Shown one piece after another: positions 8,119 through 19,379 of a stretch of DNA of 64,000 nt. A program made the position numbers and the translations under genes. Source of the stretch: Candidatus Rokuibacteriota bacterium (GTDB lineage: Bacteria; Methylomirabilota; Methylomirabilia; Rokubacteriales; CSP1-6); NCBI GenBank assembly GCA_003220265.1, contig QHRW01000019.1, forward strand, positions 1,043 through 65,042. Direction: 5' to 3'. Each line of letters opens with the position of its first letter. Positions within the stretch are counted from its first letter, which is position 1. Under the pieces are notes generated by a model. That model did not search any database. It saw only the letters and a list, made by a program, of their open reading frames with translations, and had not been told where the DNA came from.

Positions 8119-9315
8119 TCAGAGGCGGTGCTTCGGGTGCGGGTCGGCGGCCCAGCGGGCGCTGGGCACGAGGTCGTTCTCGCGGAAGCGGGTCCAGCGG
8201 AACGGCGTCAGGTCGAAGTCCTTCGCCTTGCCGTGCAGGATCAGGTCGGACATCAGGTCGCCGGTGAACGGCGAGTGCTTGAAGCCGTGGCCGCTCCAGC
8301 CGAAGTCGGCGTAGAGCCCGGCGTACTCCGGGATGGCGCCCAGCACCGGGTGGTGATCGGGCGTGGCGTCGTACAGGCCTGAGTAGCCGCCCATCGCGAG
8401 GCCGTGCTCCATCACCGGAAAGCGTTCGGCGATCAGCTCCGCGTTTCTCACGATCTGGTCGGCATCGGCGCCCTCGTTGTACGCGTCGGGATCGACGATC
8501 TCGTCGTACGAGAGCTTGCCGTGGATCGTCAGGTCGCCGTGCTCCGGCCGCATGTAGGTCATCAGCAGGCTGTCGGCCACGGCCGGATGCACGCCGAAGC
8601 CGGCCGGCCGGCGGAAGAAGCACATCTGGTGGCGCTCGGGCTTGATCGCGACCTCGATGCCGAGCGGCGCCAGCAGCCGGTTGGCGTAGAGCCCGGCGCA
8701 GTTGAGGACGACCGGCGCGTCGACGTCCACGCCTTCCGACGTGACGCCGACGACCTTCCCGCCCGCCGCGCGGATGCGGTCCACGCCGCGGTACTGCACG
8801 ATCGTCGCGCCCAGCTCGCGCGCGCGGTTGACGAGCGCGTTGGCGGTGGACGAGGGATCGGCGTAGCCGGAGTCGGCTTCGTAGGACGCCAGCGCCAGAT
8901 CGTCCACGTTCATCGCCGGGACCAGGGCCCTCACCTCGGCCGGCGAGATCAGCTCGACGCCGGCCCCCAGCTCGGCTGCGCGCAGGGCGTTGCGCCGCAG
9001 GTGCTCGGCCCGCTCCGGCCCGGCCAGCGCCAGCAGCCCGACCTTCTGGAAGCCGGGATCGCCGTCGCCGCCCACCACATCCTTCCAGTTCCGGAAGATC
9101 GTGTGGGCGGCGCAGGCGGAGCGCGTGAAGAAGTCCATGGCGTAGAACTGACGCACCAGCGCCGTCGAGCGCCCCGTCGGGCCCGAGGCGATGAACTTCT
9201 TCTCGATCAGCAGGATCCGCCCGGCCTTCTTGCGCGCGAAGTGGAAGGCGGCGCTGGCGCCGTGCACGCCGCCGCCGATGATCACGACGTCCGCGCTCTT
9301 TGGAAGGTCGGCCAT
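8119..9315 (-). CDS. FAD-dependent oxidoreductase (DAO / sarcosine-oxidase-beta-like)
   Basis: 398 aa from an internal ATG (MADLPKSADVVIIGGGVHGASAAFHF dinucleotide fold). ATGA overlap with the upstream gene. The 542-aa ORF in the track is over-extended. Confidence 0.85.
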   Translation of the reverse strand: MADLPKSADVVIIGGGVHGASAAFHFARKKAGRILLIEKKFIASGPTGRSTALVRQFYAMDFFTRSACAAHTIFRNWKDVVGGDGDPGFQKVGLLALAGPERAEHLRRNALRAAELGAGVELISPAEVRALVPAMNVDDLALASYEADSGYADPSSTANALVNRARELGATIVQYRGVDRIRAAGGKVVGVTSEGVDVDAPVVLNCAGLYANRLLAPLGIEVAIKPERHQMCFFRRPAGFGVHPAVADSLLMTYMRPEHGDLTIHGKLSYDEIVDPDAYNEGADADQIVRNAELIAERFPVMEHGLAMGGYSGLYDATPDHHPVLGAIPEYAGLYADFGWSGHGFKHSPFTGDLMSDLILHGKAKDFDLTPFRWTRFRENDLVPSARWAADPHPKHRL

Positions 9316-11198
9316 CACTCGTCGCTCACGATGAGGCGGGTGTGGGCGGTGGGCTCGTCGAGCACCATGCCGGGCTCCCAGTGCGGGCTGAACTGGGTCG
9401 GGATGCCGAACCAGCTCACCCAGTGCTCGCGCATGGCCGCCGGCTCGTCGTCCGGCCACAGCACGTTGAGAGGCAACGGGCGGATCGGCGGCCGGAAGGT
9501 CGGCAGCGGGATGCGATCGAGCGTGGTGCCGGCCGCCTGCGCCAGCAGCAGGCCGACCTGCTCGCGGCAGCGCCGGCTCTGGCACGGTCCCATGCCGGCG
9601 CGCGTCAGCCGCTTGATCTGGTCCTGGTTGACCGGGCCGTCGCGCAGGAGCGTGCCGACGCTCCGCGCGCTCATCTGCGGCGAGTCCCACTCGAGATAGC
9701 GCGGCGGCTTCGTCTCCACCAGCTCGCGCCGCGTGACCTCCTCGCACTGGCAGACGTTGACCTCCCAGCCGCCCGCGGCAATCAGCGACGCCAGCCAGCG
9801 CTGCCAGTAATCGGGGGGCCCCGACATGGCCCCCCGAACCCCCCCGTCCGTTCGGCGCGCCCCGGCGGAGCCGGGGCGCGCCTCGTTAATCGGGCCCAGC
9901 GACTCGGCGCCCGCAACACCGGGGCGCGCCTCGTTCACCGGGTCCAGCGACTCGGCGCGGGCAAACCCGGGGCGCGCCTCGTTCACCGGGCCGTGCGACT
10001 CGGCGCCCGCAAAGCCGGGGCGCGCTTCGTTCACCGGGCCCAGCGACTCGCCGCCGGCAAAGCTGTGGCGCGCCTCGTTGACCGGGCCGCGCGACTCGGC
10101 GGCGGCGCCGCGGCGCGTCCTGTCAACCCGGTCGAGGGACTCGGCGGCGGCGGCGCCGGCGATCCGGCCCTGGTCGCGGGCGATGTCCGGCGCGGCGAGC
10201 ATCGCGTCGTGAACGCCGGCGCAGTCGCCGGCGGCGAACACGGTGGGCACGGTCGTGCGCATCGAGCCGTCGAGCTCGGGCACCCAGCCGCCGAGCGGCG
10301 AGGCGAAGCGCAGGCGGGCGCCGACGAGGTGCAGCAGCTCGACGCTCGGCGTCTGACCGATGGCCATGACCACCGCGTCGCAGGCGATCTGCGTCTCGCG
10401 ACCGGCGATCGGCTCGCCGGCGCCATCGACGGCGACGATCACCAGCGACTCGATCTCGCCCGTGCGCCCGCGCCCCGCACGGATCGTGTGCCCCGTGAAG
10501 AACGGCACGCCGCGCGCGGCCAGCGCCCTGGCCGCGGCGGCATCGCCGCGCACGTGCGCGTCCACCTCGACGATGCCTGCCACCTCCACGCCGTGGTCGA
10601 GCGCGAGGGCCGCCGTGTGAAGGCCGAGCGCGCCGGAGCCGATCACGACGATGCGCCGTGCAGCCAGCGCGCGATACCGCGTGAGCAGCGCCGCGGCGCC
10701 GGCGGCCCCCAGCGTGCCGGCGCGCTCCCAGCCCGGGAAGCCCAGCAGCACGTCGCGGGCGCCCGCGGCGACGATCAGCCGGTCCCAGCCGACGAGCCAC
10801 GAGCGGCGATCGTCGGCGACGCCGAGCATCGGCGAGGGCAGCTCCTGCACCGTCGGCCCGTTGACGAACGCGCCCCATACGTAGGCGCCGAGCTGGACGT
10901 CCACGCCGGCCTCGTCGGCGGCGGCCAGCGCCGGATTCGTCTCCACGACCCGCTCGAGCATCGCCCCGCGGTTGCGGACGGTGGCGTCCATGCGCTGGCC
11001 GAAGCAGAGCGGCACGTCCATCGCCATCATGTCGTTGTCGACGGGGTGCTCGTCGAGCAGGAGCACCTCGACCCCGGCGCGTGCCGCCTCCACCGCCGCG
11101 GCGACGCCGGCCGCGCCGGCGCCGACGACCACCAGCGGCACGTGGCGCTCGGGCGTCGGCGCCTTGCCCGCGTACGAGCGGCGATCGAGCTCGGGCAT
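9315..11198 (-). CDS. FAD/NAD(P)-binding oxidoreductase with BFD-like [2Fe-2S] C-terminal domain (opine-oxidase-A-like)
   Basis: 627 aa. Two GxGxxG folds (VVVGAGAAGVAAA, VVIGSGALGLHTA). Cys motifs CQCEEV and GMGPCQSRRC. ATGA overlaps at both ends. Carries a ~95-aa in-frame repeat insertion between the domains. Confidence 0.8.
   Translation of the reverse strand: MPELDRRSYAGKAPTPERHVPLVVVGAGAAGVAAAVEAARAGVEVLLLDEHPVDNDMMAMDVPLCFGQRMDATVRNRGAMLERVVETNPALAAADEAGVDVQLGAYVWGAFVNGPTVQELPSPMLGVADDRRSWLVGWDRLIVAAGARDVLLGFPGWERAGTLGAAGAAALLTRYRALAARRIVVIGSGALGLHTAALALDHGVEVAGIVEVDAHVRGDAAAARALAARGVPFFTGHTIRAGRGRTGEIESLVIVAVDGAGEPIAGRETQIACDAVVMAIGQTPSVELLHLVGARLRFASPLGGWVPELDGSMRTTVPTVFAAGDCAGVHDAMLAAPDIARDQGRIAGAAAAESLDRVDRTRRGAAAESRGPVNEARHSFAGGESLGPVNEARPGFAGAESHGPVNEARPGFARAESLDPVNEARPGVAGAESLGPINEARPGSAGARRTDGGVRGAMSGPPDYWQRWLASLIAAGGWEVNVCQCEEVTRRELVETKPPRYLEWDSPQMSARSVGTLLRDGPVNQDQIKRLTRAGMGPCQSRRCREQVGLLLAQAAGTTLDRIPLPTFRPPIRPLPLNVLWPDDEPAAMREHWVSWFGIPTQFSPHWEPGMVLDEPTAHTRLIVSDE
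9813..9900 (+). repeat. dispersed palindromic element, copy A (two hairpins), embedded in a CDS
   Basis: Hairpin 1 is CGGGGGGCC-CCGACAT-GGCCCCCCG. Hairpin 2 is CGCGCCCCGGC-GGA-GCCGGGGCGCG. About 80 percent identical by eye over ~85 nt to 35045-35130. Confidence 0.75.
9873..10160 (+). repeat. tandem array of six 48-bp units (in frame on the minus-strand CDS)
   Basis: Units start at 9873, 9921, 9969, 10017, 10065 and 10113, with core GGGGCGCGCCTCGTTCACCGGGCC..GCGACTCGGCGC. They translate on the minus strand as ES.GPVNEARPGFAGA repeated. The last unit is degenerate. Confidence 0.9.
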
Positions 11199-12384
11199 CA
11201 GCCGTTGCCGCCGGCGACGGCCGCGACGGCCGGCGAGGCCGCCACCCAGCCCGCTCGCTCCCGCCAGTCGCGCGGTGTGTCGGCGAAGCGGCCGAGCGCC
11301 AGCGCGCCGAGGTCGGCGAAGAGGCAGCGGCCGTGCTGTACGAGCTCGCTGATGGCGCGGCCGGAGGCGGGCGAGAGACCGAAGCCCACGCTCGACATGG
11401 TCGCGATGACGACGTTGTCGGGCCGGGCCAGGCGCTCGACGACGGGCAGGCCGTCGGGCGTGTTCTCGACGAGGCCGCTCCACGCGCGGATCACGCGCAC
11501 GTGGGCGGCGCCCGGCAGCAGCTCGGCGAGCCGCCGGGCCAGGTTGCGCACGAGCGGCGTGTTCGTGTGCTCGGGCGTCGCCATGTCGGGCACGTTGATC
11601 CACTCGTGCGGCCCGCCGCCGTACACCAGGTTGCCCCGCAGCGTCTGCCGCCCGTAGAGGCCGTTGCCCGCCACGCCGCCGACGTGCATGAGCGGAATCG
11701 GCTCGGTGGCGATCATCTCGACGCGCGCCGGCGCGACTGGCAGCCACACGCCGAGCATCTCGGCGAACGCGCCCGTCTGCGGTCCGGCGGCGATCACGAC
11801 GACGTCGGCGCCGAGCGTGCCCGCCGTCGTCTCCACGGCGGTGACGCGCCCGCCGCGCTGGACGAGCCCGGTCACCGTCGTGTGCTGCAGGATCCGCCCG
11901 CCGTGGTCCTGCAGCGCCCACGCGTAGGCCTGCACGGTCCGCTGCGGGTTGGCGTGGCCGCCGAAGTGCAGGTACGTGCCGCCGATCGCGTTGTCGCCGA
12001 CGATGGGCACCAGCTCCTTGAGCTGGCGGCGATCGAGCGACTCCCAGCGGAAGCCGCGCATCTCGCCGATCTCGGCCCAGCGCCGGGCCAGCGCGAGCTG
12101 CGTGTCCGTCAGCGCGACGCCGATCCGGAACGGCTGATGCTCGGTGGGATAGCCGAGCAGCTCGTCCATCTGCGGCCAGAGCCGCTGCTCCTCGAGACCG
12201 AACGGGCTGTAGACGTGCGTGGCGCCGCCGCCGTTGCGGCCGGAGGCCTCCCAGCCCACGATGCTCTTGTCGAGCACGAGCACGTCCACGCCGGCGCGGG
12301 CCAGCCACCAGCCGGCGCTCAGTCCCGTCACGCCGCCGCCCACGATCACCACCGAGGCTCCGCGCGTCTGGGTCATGGCGCTCA

Positions 12385-12385
<1 letters not shown>
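11198..12385 (-). CDS. FAD-dependent oxidoreductase (DAO / opine-oxidase-B-like)
   Basis: About 395 aa. VVIVGGGVTGLSAGWWLA fold. Start candidates at 12388, 12385 or 12376; 12385 gives an ATGA overlap with the ATPase stop. Confidence 0.85.
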
Positions 12386-14452
<2,067 letters not shown>

Positions 14453-14460
<8 letters not shown>

Positions 14461-15355
14461 GCAGGCCCAGCTCCCGCAAGCCGACCGCGAGCAGGTTGAA
14501 GCCGACGACCAGCGAGGAGATGGCCGCGCACGGCACCAGCGCCATGTGCGGCCACACCATCATCATCCCGTAGGTGTCCTTGACCATGCCGCCCCAGTCG
14601 GGATCGGGCGGCGGCAGCCCGATGCCGAGGAAGCCGAGGGCGCCGATGATGATGACGTTGTAGCCGGTGCGCAGGCACATGTCGACGACGAGCGGGCCCC
14701 GCGCGTTGGGCAGGATCTCGACCAGCATGATGTAGAGCGAGGACTCGCCGCGCATCTTGGCCGCGGTGACGTACTCGCGCTCGCGCAGGTCCAGCGTCAT
14801 GCCGCGCACGATGCGCGCGATGATCGGCGCCTTGGTCAGCGTGAGGACGCCGATGATGTTCCAGGCCGAGGAGCCGAAGTGCGCCAGGATGATCATGTAG
14901 AGGATGATGACCGGGAAGGACAGCACGATGTCGCACGCGCGCGTGATGACGATACCGATCCAGCGGCCGTAGTAGCCGGCGGCCAGGCCCAGCAGCGAGC
15001 CGAGCGCCGCCGCCCCCAGCACCGCCAGCGGCGCGATCACCAGCACCGGCCGCGCGCCCCACAGGATGCGCGAGAGGAGGTCGCGCCCGAGGTGATCCGT
15101 GCCCAGCCAGTGCGCCTTCGACGGCGTGGTGTGCGCCAGCGCGGCCAGGTCGTTGGCGTTCGGGCGGTAGGGCGCGACGAGCGGCGCCAGCACCGCCAGC
15201 ACCACCCAGGCCAGGATGATCGAGAGGCCGATCGCCGCCGGCCGCGAGGCGCCGAGTGCGCGGAGCCGGCGCTGCCAGAGCGCGCGGCCGCGCACGCGCG
15301 TCGCCACCGGCGGCGAGACCGGCAGCGCCTCGACGGTTGTTACCGGCGTGCTCAT
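14453..15355 (-). CDS. ABC transporter permease (DppC/OppC-like)
   Basis: 300 aa, multi-TM, binding-protein-dependent transport inner-membrane component. 8-nt overlap with the ATPase gene. Confidence 0.9.
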
Positions 15356-15359
15356 GGCC

Positions 15360-16298
15360 TCACACGCGGATCCGCGGATCGAGCACGATGTAGGCGAGGT
15401 CGCCGAGGATGTTGGTGAGGACGGCCAGGAAGACGGCCACCAGCGCGCCGGCCTCGATCAGCGCGATGTCCTTGAACAGCGTGGCCTCCAGCATCATGCG
15501 GCCGAAGCCGGGATAGGCGAACACCGTCTCCACCACCACCACGCCGGCCACCAGGTAGTTGATCTGCAGCATGATCACCGTGATCGGCGTCAGCATGGCG
15601 TTGCGCAGGGCGTGGCGCACGATGACGCGGCGGAAGGGCATCCCCTTCAGCACGGCGGTGCGGATGTACGGCCGCTGCATCACCTCGACCATCGAGGCGC
15701 GGATCATGCTGACCACGTAGCCGGCGTCGAACAGCACGATCACCGCCACCGGCAGCACGAACTGCGAGGCCACCGACCAGCCGCCGCCGGCCATGAGCGT
15801 GGCGGTGCCGGGCAGCCAGCCCAGCCACACGACGAAGACGCTGGCCAGGAACACCCCGAGCGCGAACTCGGGGATCGAGGCCACCACCGTGCTGAACATC
15901 AGGATGGCGCGATCGAGGCGCGAGGCCTCGCGCATGCCGGCCGTGATGCCGAGCAGCATCGACAGCGGCACGATGCACGCGAAGGCGATGGCGGCCAGCA
16001 GCGCGGTGTTGGCGAGGTGCTTGAAGAGGACGTCCTTGACGGGGAGCTTGAAGCGCGTCGAGTAGCCGAGGTCGCCGGTGGCCGCCGCCCGCACGTAGTC
16101 GACGTAGCGCACGAGCACCGGCCGGTCGAGCCCCATCTGCTTCGTGAGGTGATCGACCTGCTCCTGCGTGGCGTAGGCGCCGAGGATCTTGCGCGCGACC
16201 GCGCCGGGAGTGAACTCGTTGAGCGTGAAGACGAGAAGGGAGACGACGAGCAGCGTCAGCAGCAGGAACAGCAGGTGCTTCGTCAGGAAACGCGCCAT
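15360..16298 (-). CDS. ABC transporter permease (DppB/OppB-like)
   Basis: 312 aa. N-terminus MARFLTKHLLFLLLTLLVVSLLVF is typical of DppB-type permeases. Confidence 0.9.
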   Translation of the reverse strand: MARFLTKHLLFLLLTLLVVSLLVFTLNEFTPGAVARKILGAYATQEQVDHLTKQMGLDRPVLVRYVDYVRAAATGDLGYSTRFKLPVKDVLFKHLANTALLAAIAFACIVPLSMLLGITAGMREASRLDRAILMFSTVVASIPEFALGVFLASVFVVWLGWLPGTATLMAGGGWSVASQFVLPVAVIVLFDAGYVVSMIRASMVEVMQRPYIRTAVLKGMPFRRVIVRHALRNAMLTPITVIMLQINYLVAGVVVVETVFAYPGFGRMMLEATLFKDIALIEAGALVAVFLAVLTNILGDLAYIVLDPRIRV

Positions 16299-16313
16299 CG
16301 CGCGCTCCCGCGC

Positions 16314-17411
16314 TCAGCCGGACGCGGGCGCGGCCGGGCGGTAGTTGCGGCGGGCGTACTCGAGATAATCCTGGCGCAGCCGCTTGTCGCTGCCGAACAG
16401 GATGTGCTTGGACATGTCCGGCGAGTACCGGCTGGCCGGCGGCCGCCGGCCGAGCGCCTCGGCCAGGCTGCGGATGTGATGGGGGCCGGCGCCGCAGCAG
16501 ACGCCGAGGTAGCGGGCGCCGAGGTTGAATGCCTCCTTGCCGAACTCGGCGATCTCGTACCGGCTGCACAGGAACGGATCGAGCGCCGTCGGGAACGGCC
16601 GTCCGTCGGGGTTGCCGTGGGGATCGGTCAGGCTCTGGAACGTCGGCTCCGCCGGAGTCGTGCGATAGGGCACGGGCAGCGCGGCGACGTGGCAGGTGAC
16701 GGCCGACCGCACCTCGCGCACCAGCGGCAGCGTGGTGGCGGGCCCGCGCGCGCAGTTGAGCCCCACCACGTCGGCGCCGCCGTCCTGCAGCCGCTTGGCC
16801 GTCTCGGTCAGCGTCCAGCCGTCGCGCATGCGTCCCTCGCGCGGCACCGACAGCGTCATCACCGCCGGCTTGCCCGAGCGCTTGATGGCCGCCAGCGCCA
16901 GCAGCGCCTCGCTGCCCCACGAGTACGTCTCGCCCACGATGAAGTCCACGCCCGCGTCCACCGCCCAGCCGATCTGCTCGTCGAAGGTCCGGCGCGCCTG
17001 CTTGTGGGAGGCGGTGTCGTCAAGCGCGTAGATGCTGGTGTTGCAGATGTCGCCGGCCAGCAGCGTGCCAGTGGAGCGCGCCACCTTGCGCGCGATCGAC
17101 AGCGCCGCGCGATTGATCCGCGCCAGGTCCTTCTCGCGCCCGACCATCTTGAGCTTGGCGCGGTGCGCGTAGTAGGTGAAGGCCTCGACCACGTCCGAGC
17201 CGGCGTGGACGAAGTCCCGGTGCAGGCCCTCGACCAGCTCCGGATGCTCGAGCACGACTTCCGGCACGTAGGCGCCGGCCTGCAGATAGCCGCGACGCTC
17301 GAACTCGAACAGGTAGCCCTCCGCGCAGATGACGGGCCCCGCGGCCAGCCGCTCCAGCAGGCCGGCGGGCTTCGCTGCCGTCTTCGACGTCCGCGTCTTC
17401 TTCACTGGCAT
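16314..17411 (-). CDS. homocysteine S-methyltransferase family protein (BHMT-like)
   Basis: 365 aa from an internal ATG (MPVKK...). Hcy-binding domain with C-terminal Zn-ligand Cys pair YLGVCCGAGPHHI. The 529-aa track ORF is over-extended. Confidence 0.8.
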   Translation of the reverse strand: MPVKKTRTSKTAAKPAGLLERLAAGPVICAEGYLFEFERRGYLQAGAYVPEVVLEHPELVEGLHRDFVHAGSDVVEAFTYYAHRAKLKMVGREKDLARINRAALSIARKVARSTGTLLAGDICNTSIYALDDTASHKQARRTFDEQIGWAVDAGVDFIVGETYSWGSEALLALAAIKRSGKPAVMTLSVPREGRMRDGWTLTETAKRLQDGGADVVGLNCARGPATTLPLVREVRSAVTCHVAALPVPYRTTPAEPTFQSLTDPHGNPDGRPFPTALDPFLCSRYEIAEFGKEAFNLGARYLGVCCGAGPHHIRSLAEALGRRPPASRYSPDMSKHILFGSDKRLRQDYLEYARRNYRPAAPASG

Positions 17412-17451
17412 GGGGCATCCATATACCACAACGCCGGGCCCGACGCGCGAC

Positions 17452-18132
17452 TCAGGGTGCGGCGGGCGTGAGGCTCGCGTGGGTGGCCAGATCGCCGCGC
17501 CAGAGATAGAGCGCCAGCAGCGGCACGGCGCCCGCCCGCGTGGCGTGGCGGACGTCCGGCGGGTGATGGATGGCCGTGCCCGGCGGCTCGAGCCGCCACG
17601 GCCCGTCGTCGCGCCACCACTCGCCCGGGGTGAGCGTGTAGTACACCTCGACGGCGGGATGGGCGTGCAGCGGATAGTGCCTGCCCGGCCCGAGCAGCAG
17701 CGCGCCGAGCGCCAGGCGCGGATCGGTCGCCAGCGCGGGCGGGCCGTCGGCGGGCCCGGCGATGACCGCATAGCCGTAGTTGTCGAGGAACGCGGCGTCG
17801 GGCGGACGCCGCCGGTAATTCGGATTCTGCGTCCACGACAGCCACGGGGCGAGCGCGTCGAGCGCGCCGGCGAGCGGATCACCGGCTGATTCGAGCGCGG
17901 CATTCCAGTACCGGCACACGGGCAGGCGCGGCGGCGTCTCGCGCGGCGGCGCGTTGGCCTTCAGCGAGCGCACGAGCGTGGCGAGCTCGCGCAGCGTCGC
18001 CGCCGCCCCCGCGTCGGCCGCCGGCGCCGCGGCGCGGTCCAGCGCCGCGTCCAGCGCGACGAGGAACGCCGCGAGCGCCGCCGCCGGATCAGGATGCGCT
18101 ATGCTCCCGCCCATGCCGAACCGTCCCCGCAT
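17452..18132 (-). CDS. cupin-fold protein, DMSP-lyase (DddL-like) family candidate
   Basis: 226 aa. Cupin metal motif GRHYPLHAHPAVEVYY (HxHxxxE) and a second His motif GTAIHHPPDVRH. First gene of the long minus-strand operon. ATG 18132 has a GGAG RBS; 18114 is an alternative start. Confidence 0.6.
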   Translation of the reverse strand: MRGRFGMGGSIAHPDPAAALAAFLVALDAALDRAAAPAADAGAAATLRELATLVRSLKANAPPRETPPRLPVCRYWNAALESAGDPLAGALDALAPWLSWTQNPNYRRRPPDAAFLDNYGYAVIAGPADGPPALATDPRLALGALLLGPGRHYPLHAHPAVEVYYTLTPGEWWRDDGPWRLEPPGTAIHHPPDVRHATRAGAVPLLALYLWRGDLATHASLTPAAP

Positions 18133-19333
18133 CCATCAGCTCCGCGTGCCCAACTTCAGCGATCTCGACTACGGCAAGCTGCGCGCGGGCCGCCTGGCGC
18201 GGCTGCAGACGATGCTCAAGCGCCACGATTTCCCGGCCGCGCTCCTCTATAACACGGCCAACATCCGCTACGCGACGGGCGCCGACGTCATGGCCGTGTG
18301 GACGGCCGGCACCTTCGCGCGCTACTGCCTGGTGCCCGCCGAGGGCGCGCCGATCCTCTTCGAGTACAAGGGCTCGATCCACGTCTCGCAGAAGGTCGTC
18401 GCAGACGTGCGCCCCGCCTATACGTGGCAGTACGGCGGGGTCGCCGCGCGCGACAAGGCGCGCGAGTGGGCGGGCTCGCTCCGCGCCGCGCTCCGCGAGC
18501 GCGGCCTCGAGCGCGAGCGCCTCGCGGTGGACAAGCTCGACACCGTCGGCTTTCTGGCGCTGCAGGAGGAAGGCATCCCGATCGTCGACGTCGGCCCCGC
18601 CACCGTGGACGCGCGCGAGGTGAAGACGCCCGAGGAGGTCGAGGTCTTCGCGATCAACGGCGGCATCGGCGACGCCATGCTGGCCGAGTTCGAGGCGGCC
18701 ATCCGCCCCGGCATCCGCGAGTACGAGCTGTGGGCCGTGCTGAGCGACGCACTGCTGCGCCGCCACGGCGAGGGCCTCTTCACGCGGCTGGTGGCCTCGG
18801 GCACCAACACGAACCCGTGGCTCACCGAGGCGCACGACAAGGCCGTCATGCCCGGTGACCTCGTCGGCGTCGACACCGATGCCAGCGGCTACGAGGGCTA
18901 CGTGATCGACGTCTCCCGCACATTCCTCTGCGGCGACACGCCGTCGCCCGAGCAGAAGGAGGCCTACCGCGTCGCCTACGACTGCGTGATGGGCATGCTC
19001 GATCTCGTCCGCCCCGGCATGAGCTTCGAGGAGTTCGCGCACAAGGCGCCGCCGCTGCCCGAGGCCTACCTGGCCCAGCGCTATCCCTCGATGGCCCACC
19101 AGGCCGGCCTCGAGGACGAGGGTCCCAGCATCCCCTACCCCGACGACAATCGCGGCCCGCGCCGCATCATGCCCAAGCGCGAGATCAAGGAGAACATGGT
19201 CCTCTGCCTGGAGTGCTATGCGGGCAAGGCCGGCGCGCCCTTCGGCGTCAAGCTGGAGGACCAGGTGCTCGTGACCGCCGACGGCGCCCGGCTGATCTGC
19301 ACGTATCCGTACGACGCCAAGCTGCTGGGCTGA
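18101..19333 (+). CDS. M24 metallopeptidase-fold enzyme (DddP / creatinase-like)
   Basis: About 410 aa. Blocks LLYNTANIRYATG, RLVASGTNTNPW, GVDTDASGYEGYVIDVSRTF and VKLEDQVLVTADGARLICTYPYDAKLLG match my recollection of DddP-type M24 proteins. Start uncertain (18101, 18113 or 18146). Confidence 0.7.
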   Translation: MLPPMPNRPRIHQLRVPNFSDLDYGKLRAGRLARLQTMLKRHDFPAALLYNTANIRYATGADVMAVWTAGTFARYCLVPAEGAPILFEYKGSIHVSQKVVADVRPAYTWQYGGVAARDKAREWAGSLRAALRERGLERERLAVDKLDTVGFLALQEEGIPIVDVGPATVDAREVKTPEEVEVFAINGGIGDAMLAEFEAAIRPGIREYELWAVLSDALLRRHGEGLFTRLVASGTNTNPWLTEAHDKAVMPGDLVGVDTDASGYEGYVIDVSRTFLCGDTPSPEQKEAYRVAYDCVMGMLDLVRPGMSFEEFAHKAPPLPEAYLAQRYPSMAHQAGLEDEGPSIPYPDDNRGPRRIMPKREIKENMVLCLECYAGKAGAPFGVKLEDQVLVTADGARLICTYPYDAKLLG

Positions 19334-19379
19334 GACTCCTCGACGCGTGCAATCCCCTGCGCCGAACGCGGCTACGGGG

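Noticed and set aside
6347-8623. Long antisense or alternative-frame ORFs. Examples: 6347..8623 (-), 15216..17471 (+), 26071..28590 (-), 28155..29510 (-), 44465..46465 (+), 37909..40035 (+), 22969..24825 (+).
   Set aside because: Each lies opposite, or out of frame with, a gene carrying clear family motifs. Their translations are dominated by Arg, Ala, Gly, Pro and His runs, and their first codon positions track the partner gene's GC3 positions. They are artefacts of high GC content.
9873-10160. Possible CRISPR array, because of regularly spaced 48-bp repeats
   Set aside because: The units are directly adjacent with no unique spacers. They lie in frame inside a CDS, and there are no cas genes in the window. 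It is a tandem repeat, not a CRISPR array.
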